A stretch of DNA of 64,000 nt from an uncultured Anaerolineae bacterium (lineage in GTDB: Bacteria > Chloroflexota > Anaerolineae > VGOG01): NCBI GenBank assembly GCA_964390805.1, contig CAYMKL010000014.1, forward strand, positions 706 through 64,705. Direction: 5' to 3'. The position numbers were made by a program, and so were the translations under genes. The notes under the pieces are model-generated. The model saw nothing but the letters and a program-made list of their open reading frames with translations, did not search any database and was not told where the DNA came from. Below, piece after piece: positions 54,651 to 61,960 of this stretch. The stretch's first letter is position 1. The number at the start of each line of letters is the position of its first letter.

Positions 54651-55286
54651 CTATTTCCCCGCTAAGACATGCTCCAACCGCAATTCAGCCCCCGGGGGGA
54701 TACCGTAGCTCTGCGGCGAGCGGTGGCCAGCCAACTCCGTGTCTTCCCACCACAGGCGGAGCTCGCTGGCTGGAAGGCCAGTCTTGGCCGCCAGGTCGGC
54801 CAGAAGTCGGTCCAGCGTGGCATCGGGCGCCACTTCCACAGCCAGCGTCTGGCCATCGGGTGTGTGGATGGTCAGTGACAACCCGGTAACGACGGAACCT
54901 GCAATCTCACTCCCCTGGCCCCAGGGGTGGAGGAGCATCCCTCCCACCACCAGGACCACGGCCGCTACCGCCAGCGCTGACGCCGCCTGTACAGGTGTCA
55001 CCGAGGTCGAGAGCCACTCGATCAGTCGCTGCCAGAGGGAGAAGCGGGCCAGCGGTACAGGCAATCGCAGCGTCCGGCCAAGGAGCGCTGGCCGTTCCTG
55101 GGGGGCCACGATCTCGACCTGGACGCCAGGCGGCAGTTCGACACCCAGACGGGCTAGGGTGCCGGCTGGATCGAGCCGGAGCTGCTGCGCCAGGCCGGGG
55201 TCCGTCCGGGCCCGCCGGACGATGGTTCCAATCCTGGCCACCATCTCAGTGTTTCCTTCAGTCCGGTCTGGTGATTGGTACATCAT
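54651..55286 (-). CDS. small membrane protein: NHLP-like N-terminal domain, one TM helix, C-terminal ubiquitin-like (beta-grasp) domain; translationally coupled to giant gene B
   Basis: 211 aa; DPGLAQQLRLDPAGTLARLGVELPPGVQVEIV resembles NHLP/Nif11-type leader domains; ASALAVAAVVLVVGGMLL TM; LTIHTPDGQTLAVEVAPDATLDRLLADLAAKTGLPASELRLWWEDTELAGHRSPQSYGIPPGAELRLE aligns to ubiquitin/YukD pattern; stop TAG 20 nt before giant B ATG. Confidence 0.55.
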   Translation of the reverse strand: MMYQSPDRTEGNTEMVARIGTIVRRARTDPGLAQQLRLDPAGTLARLGVELPPGVQVEIVAPQERPALLGRTLRLPVPLARFSLWQRLIEWLSTSVTPVQAASALAVAAVVLVVGGMLLHPWGQGSEIAGSVVTGLSLTIHTPDGQTLAVEVAPDATLDRLLADLAAKTGLPASELRLWWEDTELAGHRSPQSYGIPPGAELRLEHVLAGK

Positions 55287-55295
55287 GATATCTAC

Positions 55296-55304
55296 ATTAT
55301 ACCA
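55296..55304 (-). promoter_or_regulatory. extended -10 (TGgTATAAT) 9 nt upstream of the small ORF start, possible leaderless transcript
   Basis: minus-strand aatggtataatgtagatatcATGATG. Confidence 0.3.
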
Positions 55305-55435
55305 TTGAGAGCTTGTGGAGGGCTTAAGGCGCGGGGGGCATATCTTCAGGATTGCTTTAGATCTGTCGTGGGGATAAGTTCTTCTGATGCGGGAAGCGTG
55401 AGGCGTGAACTGATCCTCCCGTTTTGCGTTTCACG

Positions 55436-57607
55436 TTATTGCCGACGCTCAAAGCAGTAGCCCAGGCCGGGTTCGGTCTGGATAAACTCCGGATGAGCCG
55501 GGTCCGGCTCGATCTTGCGGCGCAGGTTGTGGATGTGCGGCCAAAGGAGATGCACGTCCTCTTGCGCGGCGTCGCCCCATACCTCGCGTAAGAGCTCACG
55601 GTAGGTGACGATGCGGCCAGGTCGGTACACTAAGACCTTCAGGAGTTCAAACTCGGTCGGTGTGAGGCGCACCTCTTGACCGCTTAGCGTCACCCGTTGC
55701 CGGGCGAGGTCAACGAGCAAGGGACCAGCGATCAGACAGCGATCTGGTCCCGGTCCGGCCGGCGGCTGGGCTCGGCGGAGGCAAGCCCAAACTCGCGAGA
55801 CCAGTTCCTCGGGGTCAGGCAACCCAGTCATGACGTCGTCCGCGCCAGCATCGAGGAGGCCGGCCGCCGCGTGGCGCGCTCTGACATCAGTGATGACCAG
55901 AACGGGCACATCCGACAACTGGCGTACCTGGCGACACACCTCCTCGGCTGGACCGACCGGCCACTGCCCCTGCAACATCACCACGTCGGCTGGTCGCTCT
56001 GCCAGCCAGTCGTACACGTCGGCGCCGTCGGGCAGGCGGTGGACACGGAACTTGGCTTCTTCCAGCGTGTTCTGAACGAAGCGACCCACAGCCGCGTCGG
56101 TGCAGGCAACCAGTGCCAAGTTGCCGGGAGGGAGCAGCGCCGGTTGGTAATCCGCGATCCGCCTGACCAGACGCGGGCTGGCTATCAGGCGTCCCATCGC
56201 CCAGCCCAGATAGCGCCCAAACCCTGCCAGGGCCTCCAGGTCAGCAGAACTGTACGGCGCAGCGCTGGTCTTAGTGCCCAGAGCCAGGACGCCGGTCAGT
56301 CGCGGGCCGTCTCGGAGCGGCACGTAGAGTAGCGGGAAGAATGGGAGTAGACCAGCCGCGTGCAGGTCGGCCGGCGCGTCGTTGGCGTGGCAGGGCGTAG
56401 TCAAGTCGGCCCAGTCACTGGAGGGGAATGGCGGGTCAGGTGACATCCAGCGCTCACCGCTCCGCAGCAAGAAATGGCCCTCGCGGATGACGGTCACGGC
56501 GCTGTGGAGCAGCCCCATCTCGGCCAGGCAATCCGCCGTCCAGTCCAGTAGCTCCCCTACGTCGGCCAGCGACGGCAGGGCCTGGCTCAGTCGGAGGATC
56601 AATGCCTCCTGGCGCAGCGGTTGGGGGAACATCCAGCGCAACACCCGGCTGTGCAGAAGGGTGCCCAGCGGGTAGAGCAGAGCCGCCAGGGTCAGCACCA
56701 GCAGCCACTGGGCCTGCCGTTCCCAGGCGGCGCCGGCTGGCAGCCGCGAGCCGAGCCAGCTCAGGGCGGCCAGCCCAACGCCGTAGATGAGGGCGATGGT
56801 CGCTGTCATCAGAGCGCTGGTCACGGTGCGGTGGATGACTACGTCAATGTCGAGGAGCCGATAGCGAAAGATGGCAACCAGGCAGGCAACGGGGACAGCC
56901 AGCATAGGCAGGAGGGTGAGTTCCTCGGGCAGGAGCGGTACGCCTTCAAGGGCGCGGGGGATGGCCACCAGCACCAGATAGGGTGTCAGCCCGACGCCCA
57001 GTCCCCAGAGGAGCCAGCGAAGCTGGTATCGCTCTGTCGGGCTCTGCGTGCGGCGATACTGATAGACGAAGGCGACGATGGCCAGGCTGCAGTAGACGGC
57101 GATGAGGAAATGGGCCACCCGGTCGGCTGGATCGGGGCCCAGGGTCTCAAAGGCTACCAGGAAGGCCGCTGGGACGAGTGTGTGGAGGGCGACGGGGAAC
57201 CAACGGTGGCGGAGGGCGAGGGCGGGGCGGGGGAAGCTGAGGGCAGTGTGCAAGGCCAAGCTGCCGGCCAGCCAGAAGGCGACGTCCTCGATCCGCCGGC
57301 CAACCTGCCACATCGGTGATCGGCGTGGCCAGAGGTCGAGGGCGGCTGTAGTCGCCAGCTCAGCGCTGATGACCAGGAAGGCCAGGAAAAACAAGCGCGG
57401 CGCCGGCTCGTCGAGCGGCCGCAGGGCCAGGACGAAGGCCAAGCCGAGGAAGGCCACCGCCGCCAATAGGTAGGGCCCCGTAGCGGCAATGGTTCTCAGG
57501 CTGAGTTGATAGGCCAGGCCCCCCAGCGCCAGAGTGGTGTAGCCAGCTACACCACCAAGAGCCATCCACGGCCATCTGGAAGCGGTTTGAGGTCGCAGCT
57601 TGTGCAT
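55436..57607 (-). CDS. membrane-bound OmpR-family transcriptional regulator: N-terminal 7TM-type sensor domain, GAF-like domain, atypical (pseudo) receiver, winged-helix DNA-binding domain
   Basis: 723 aa; about 330-aa polytopic N-terminus; GVLALGTKTSAAPYSSADLEALAGFGRYLGW GAF-like; REC-like block where phospho-Asp, and Lys are replaced (DVVMLQGQWP, MTGLPD); C-terminal VRLTPTEFELLKVL...GLGYCFE trans_reg_C. Confidence 0.78.
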   Translation of the reverse strand: MHKLRPQTASRWPWMALGGVAGYTTLALGGLAYQLSLRTIAATGPYLLAAVAFLGLAFVLALRPLDEPAPRLFFLAFLVISAELATTAALDLWPRRSPMWQVGRRIEDVAFWLAGSLALHTALSFPRPALALRHRWFPVALHTLVPAAFLVAFETLGPDPADRVAHFLIAVYCSLAIVAFVYQYRRTQSPTERYQLRWLLWGLGVGLTPYLVLVAIPRALEGVPLLPEELTLLPMLAVPVACLVAIFRYRLLDIDVVIHRTVTSALMTATIALIYGVGLAALSWLGSRLPAGAAWERQAQWLLVLTLAALLYPLGTLLHSRVLRWMFPQPLRQEALILRLSQALPSLADVGELLDWTADCLAEMGLLHSAVTVIREGHFLLRSGERWMSPDPPFPSSDWADLTTPCHANDAPADLHAAGLLPFFPLLYVPLRDGPRLTGVLALGTKTSAAPYSSADLEALAGFGRYLGWAMGRLIASPRLVRRIADYQPALLPPGNLALVACTDAAVGRFVQNTLEEAKFRVHRLPDGADVYDWLAERPADVVMLQGQWPVGPAEEVCRQVRQLSDVPVLVITDVRARHAAAGLLDAGADDVMTGLPDPEELVSRVWACLRRAQPPAGPGPDRCLIAGPLLVDLARQRVTLSGQEVRLTPTEFELLKVLVYRPGRIVTYRELLREVWGDAAQEDVHLLWPHIHNLRRKIEPDPAHPEFIQTEPGLGYCFERRQ

Positions 57608-57732
57608 GGCTCACGTTCCCGTCAAGCATGTACCAAACTCGCGCACATTGCTCCTCAACGAGGGCTACTGGTGGGGGAGGCTGTCACTCCCGTAGCGAGT
57701 GTTGCCAGGCGGCCACAACTGCCCAAGTTGGA

Positions 57733-58389
57733 TCAGTCATCACTAGCTCTGAGCAGGGCCAGATGCTGCAGCGCGATGATGGTCTTGGCATCGCAGATCT
57801 CGCCGCTTGCTATCATATCCATAGCCTCATCGAAGGGAACCTCCACGACTTGAGTGTCCTCCCCCTCTGTCACGACGCCGCCGCCTTTGCCAATGCGTTG
57901 GCCATGATCCACCTCGCCCAGGAACAGATGAACACCCTCCGAGGTGCCGCCGGGGCTGGGATAGATGGTGGCGATGAGTTGCAGTTCACCCTTGACCTCG
58001 TAGCCGGCTTCCTCCAGCAGTTCCTTGTTGGCCACTTCCTTGACGGTCCGGCCCTCATCCACAACACCGGCCACAATCTCCAGAAGCCAAGCCCCTCTGG
58101 CACCATCACCCTCACGCTCATGGGGGGCAAGCCGGGCGTAGATGGGGTAGCGAAATTGGCGGACCAGGATCACAGCATCGTCCTGGGGATTATACAGCAG
58201 CACGCCCACGGAGTCACCGCGCTCGAAGTTGATGCGGGTGACAGGCTCACTCATCCGGCCGTCGAAGCGGCGATACTGGAGCGTGGCGCGGATAACTCGA
58301 AATAACTTGCCGAACGAGTAGTCCTCGACCTGGTCAAGGATCTTCACCCTCAGACTGGCATCATCTGGTCGAGGTGAATCTGAGAACAT
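57733..58389 (-). CDS. NUDIX hydrolase (ADP-ribose pyrophosphatase-like)
   Basis: 218 aa; Nudix box GVVDEGRTVKEVANKELLEEAGY. Confidence 0.82.
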   Translation of the reverse strand: MFSDSPRPDDASLRVKILDQVEDYSFGKLFRVIRATLQYRRFDGRMSEPVTRINFERGDSVGVLLYNPQDDAVILVRQFRYPIYARLAPHEREGDGARGAWLLEIVAGVVDEGRTVKEVANKELLEEAGYEVKGELQLIATIYPSPGGTSEGVHLFLGEVDHGQRIGKGGGVVTEGEDTQVVEVPFDEAMDMIASGEICDAKTIIALQHLALLRASDD

Positions 58390-58409
58390 AGGCGTTTCCT
58401 CTTCTCTTT

Positions 58410-59090
58410 CTACAGCGCATCATCAACCCACGTGATCTTTGCATCAGGCAGATTCTTCGCCCGCCAGGAAAGACACCGCTCGGCCAGCCGGCGGGCATGC
58501 TCGTAATAGTCGGGCTCGTTTCGACGGCGACTCTCGTAATCCACATACGGTTCTAGTTTGACCCAGGCTTTGACAATCATTGGGTTCATCCACGGCATAA
58601 TCATCTCTTCGGGGATCCAGCCGGCCTGGGTAAGGAACGCTACCCGGTCCAGCGAGTTCAAGGTCCGCTTCACAAACGCCTGCCCCTCCGGCGTCAGAGA
58701 GCGTATGCCTTCTTGGGCATCATCTGGCAGGTCTTGGAAGATCCAGCGCCGGGCTTCGATGTTCTCGGGCGAGTTCAACTCATTGAACAGCCGATCAGCC
58801 ACCTCCATATATCGGCTGCTGGCAACCTCAGACAATTCACGGTAGGCGACGAAGCCGGCACCGAGTACGCCTGCTGCGGCCACAGCCGTTGATAGCGCCT
58901 CGGTCATCGCCCAGAAGTCGACTGAGATCCCCACACTTCGTAAGAAAACCCACAGCGAGAACAAACCAAGAAGCCAGAAAAAAAAGCCAATCACTGTGCT
59001 CGCAACAATGACGATCAGCGTCAAGCGTCCTGACCAGTTAGCGCTCATTGATTGAGTCCTCCTCGTTGGGCAGGTAGCAAGCGAGGACAA
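58410..59090 (-). CDS. hypothetical membrane protein
   Basis: 226 aa; two N-terminal hydrophobic helices (LTLIVIVASTVIGFFFWLLGLFSLWVFL), no recognised family. Confidence 0.5.
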   Translation of the reverse strand: MSSLATCPTRRTQSMSANWSGRLTLIVIVASTVIGFFFWLLGLFSLWVFLRSVGISVDFWAMTEALSTAVAAAGVLGAGFVAYRELSEVASSRYMEVADRLFNELNSPENIEARRWIFQDLPDDAQEGIRSLTPEGQAFVKRTLNSLDRVAFLTQAGWIPEEMIMPWMNPMIVKAWVKLEPYVDYESRRRNEPDYYEHARRLAERCLSWRAKNLPDAKITWVDDAL

Positions 59091-59180
59091 GCCTCGCCCG
59101 CTACCAGAAAACCATGCGCAGTAGGGCCACTTTCACAATCGTCACCTTGAGTGAGAAGAAGCCACCTCGGACAGGGTGGA

Positions 59181-59206
59181 GAACACGGATCCCTTCGACA
59201 AGCTCA
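59181..59206. repeat. PEPVEG/LRQAQD element copy, intergenic
   Basis: cccttcgacaagctcaggacaagtgg. Confidence 0.6.
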
Positions 59207-59348
59207 GGACAAGTGGCGGGATTAACGGATCAGATAATTGCTACTGAAGAGCAATCCGCAAATCCTGCGCATCCGTGTTCTAAACCCGCGACAGCCTCAG
59301 CAGACCTCGCATTAACCGCCCGAAGTGCCCCACTCTTCGTCCCCCTCT

Positions 59349-59960
59349 TTACTGTGTTGCGGGGTCTTTCCCTGGCTCTGGCTTGGACAGCAGAGTTTCA
59401 GCCACTTGTTTGAGCTTCAGCACCGCCTGCTCTGAGAACATGCCCACCAGGGCACCCAGCCCCGCGAAGCCAAAGGGACTGGTTTGCTCGATCGTCGCCT
59501 CGGTTGAGAAGAACCCACCTCGGATGACGAAATAGAAAACAAGCCCCAGGGTTGAGCCGACGAAGGGCAACAGGATGTACATCACCAACCAGCTAAACAC
59601 CAGTTCCCGGTTGCCAATATACCGGTAGAGCGACCGAAGCGCATGCACCATGCTGCCCAGGGCGCCAGCCATCGCCACGATGAAGATCAAGCGCACCTCA
59701 TCCGAAACTGAAAGCGTACAGAAGAGGAAGATTACTGTCGAGAAAGTCGGAGCCGACCCCTCGACTGGAGGTGTGGGAGGCCAGAACTGCACCAGGCCGT
59801 ACAGCAGCAGCATGGAAGCCAGGATGAGATAGGCTGTGATCAAGACAATCCCAACGGGGGGTACGAGGCTTGCTCCCACGCCAGTACGCCTCGACTTAAC
59901 GGTTTCTTTTACCTCTTCTTTCACCTCTGCTTCTGTCGCCGTGTTAAGTTCCTCAGTCAT
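59349..59960 (-). CDS. hypothetical polytopic membrane protein
   Basis: 203 aa; 4-5 hydrophobic helices; Glu/Lys-rich N-terminus. Confidence 0.5.
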   Translation of the reverse strand: MTEELNTATEAEVKEEVKETVKSRRTGVGASLVPPVGIVLITAYLILASMLLLYGLVQFWPPTPPVEGSAPTFSTVIFLFCTLSVSDEVRLIFIVAMAGALGSMVHALRSLYRYIGNRELVFSWLVMYILLPFVGSTLGLVFYFVIRGGFFSTEATIEQTSPFGFAGLGALVGMFSEQAVLKLKQVAETLLSKPEPGKDPATQ

Positions 59961-60041
59961 TTTTCTTTCTCCTTTCGTTGTTGTTGGTGTGGGGGCGCCA
60001 ACCCGCCACGAACGGTGGAGCCAGAATGTTTAGTTCATATT

Positions 60042-61892
60042 CTACTCCTTTGCCTGCAGCGGCTCTTGCTTCACCCACAGGATCAAGTTATCGGTTTGCA
60101 CCGGCGTTGAGGCTCGGCGGTAGAACAGCCAACGCATCAGGTTGGACCCTGAGAGGCCCTGGGGATTCCAAGAGGACGCCAGCGCAAAATCCTGCCCGCT
60201 GTACTGGGCCCCCAGGGTCGGTTCCTGCTGGCCAGCCGGAGCGATGACCACCGGAGTATCTATGGAAGAGCTGAGCTGGGCGACGAAACTGACGTTTTCG
60301 AAATCGCGCAGGTACCAGGCCAAAGCAGGCCCCGCGCCCTGATGCACCGTCATAGGAATAGCACTGGGCTTGCCTTCTCTGCTGGACACAACTTCCAGGG
60401 TCTCCAGCAAATCGAAGATGCCACGGGAGGTTGGAGAAGCAACCATGATCTCGCGGGGGTCACTGACCCGCCGATAGTTCAAGTAACAACTGACGCTCAC
60501 GGTCAGGGTAATCAGAACGAGCAACAAGACCAGCCCTCCCGCCCGCAAGGCTGGCCTTGGGCCGAAGGAGATCCAACTAAGAACGAGCAAGCCCAGCAAA
60601 ACGAAACCGCCAGCCAGAGCCAGATACAGATAATCGCGACGGCCGGAAGTAACATGAGCCCCCAACTGCAGACCCAGATGCACGACGACAGCGCACGCCA
60701 CCGCCGCGAACAAACCTTCCTGCACCCAGGAAGCTTTCGCCGCCAGCTCTTCGAGCAGACGACCGATGAACGCGCCCGCCAGCAAAGCCAATGGCAACAC
60801 AATCAGCAAGACATCGCCCGGCCCCCGTCCGCCAGCCACGACGTAGATCAATAACGCCATCGCCGACCAATAGGCCAGGAAAAGGGAGAAGAGATCGCGT
60901 CGCCTCAGCAGATAGACCACCGCCGCCAGGCCGAAGACGAGGATCAGCGGCTCGTAGATGAGCAGCAACTGGAGATGGTAGTACCACGGCTGCCCTGTCC
61001 TGAGCGTCGCTCCGCTTACGGTCGAAGGGCCCCCAACCTGCGGTTGGAAAGCGGACAGCCAACCAGAGAACAGGTCTATGCCGTCCTGCAAGCCCGACAG
61101 GTGAAGCAAGAAGCCGGTGCAAACCAGTACGAAGATAAGGATGAGCCAGGCTGCGCAATCCCTCAGCAAGCCTGCTTGCCATAGGCCGTTTTGCCCACGC
61201 GCTGCCTGCCAGGCGGCGGAAAACCTCGCGTCGGAAATCCGCTGCCAGTACTCGCTGGAACCTGAGAATCTGTTGGCCAGAGCGAGCACCAGCCCGAAGG
61301 TGACGACGGTGAAGAGAAAGGTGTAGGTCCCTGCGCCCGCGCTCAAGGCCAGGCCCAGGGCCGCTGTCACCAGGTATAGATACTTCGACTGTCTCTGATC
61401 GAGGTAGCCGAACAGCCCCCAGGTCATGGCCAGAGCGCAGGCCGCGACGATGACCTCTCCCCCCAGATAACGGGAGAAGAAGAGGACCGAGGGTGAGAGC
61501 GCCAGGAGGAGCGAGGCCGCCAGAGCGCCCATCCGCCCCAGGCGTTGGCGCAGGAAGTAAGGCCCAATCGCCAGCAACGCTCCGCCGAGGGCCGGCACCA
61601 GCCGGGCCAGAAAGTCGTTGGCCCCGAACAGAGCAAAGAGGAACATGTTGCTGGTGAAGAGGATAGGGCTGGATTGTGCCAGGGCCGAATCCTGGGGCAA
61701 TCCTTGCGCCGAACGCCAGGCCGCCAATGCCTGGGCCGCTTCGCCCGCTTGCATGGGCCGACCGTCCAGCTTGTAGAGCCGCAGGCCCACTGCAATCAGA
61801 GCGACGATGAAATAGAGCGCCAACTCCACCGTCAGTGACGACGGCTTGGCAGTTTGTCTCGTTCGTTCTCTAGTACGTTTCGCTACAGTCAT
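60042..61892 (-). CDS. GT-C-fold glycosyltransferase-like polytopic membrane protein (PMT_2/TIGR03663-like), paralog of N-terminal domain of gene 82-3087
   Basis: 616 aa; FLARLVPALGGALLAIGPYFLRQRLGRMGALAASLLLALSPSVLFFSRYL parallels ORF1 TARIVPALFGVILVALPYLFRKWLGRTGALITSLLFLISPSLLFYSRYI. Confidence 0.72.
   Translation of the reverse strand: MTVAKRTRERTRQTAKPSSLTVELALYFIVALIAVGLRLYKLDGRPMQAGEAAQALAAWRSAQGLPQDSALAQSSPILFTSNMFLFALFGANDFLARLVPALGGALLAIGPYFLRQRLGRMGALAASLLLALSPSVLFFSRYLGGEVIVAACALAMTWGLFGYLDQRQSKYLYLVTAALGLALSAGAGTYTFLFTVVTFGLVLALANRFSGSSEYWQRISDARFSAAWQAARGQNGLWQAGLLRDCAAWLILIFVLVCTGFLLHLSGLQDGIDLFSGWLSAFQPQVGGPSTVSGATLRTGQPWYYHLQLLLIYEPLILVFGLAAVVYLLRRRDLFSLFLAYWSAMALLIYVVAGGRGPGDVLLIVLPLALLAGAFIGRLLEELAAKASWVQEGLFAAVACAVVVHLGLQLGAHVTSGRRDYLYLALAGGFVLLGLLVLSWISFGPRPALRAGGLVLLLVLITLTVSVSCYLNYRRVSDPREIMVASPTSRGIFDLLETLEVVSSREGKPSAIPMTVHQGAGPALAWYLRDFENVSFVAQLSSSIDTPVVIAPAGQQEPTLGAQYSGQDFALASSWNPQGLSGSNLMRWLFYRRASTPVQTDNLILWVKQEPLQAKE
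60990..61029. repeat. extended PEPVEG/LRQAQD element copy in-frame
   Basis: ctgccctgtcctgagcgtcgctccgcttacggtcgaaggg. Confidence 0.5.
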
Positions 61893-61919
61893 CCCCTCAT
61901 TCCTTCCTTAGGCCCCGCT

Positions 61920-61960
61920 ACTCGTTGCCTCGTTCCTCATTGCCTCGTCCCTCATCCCCT
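61920..61960. repeat. heptamer tandem array (CTCGTTG/CCTCATT) intergenic
   Basis: ctcgttgcctcgttcctcattgcctcgtccctcatccccta. Confidence 0.55.

Noticed and set aside
54739-55308. 189-aa plus-strand ORF opposite the small Ubl-protein gene
   Set aside because: Ser/Arg/Ala-rich low-complexity translation. The minus-strand frame has a TM helix, an NHLP-like motif, a ubiquitin-like alignment and coupling to the downstream giant gene.
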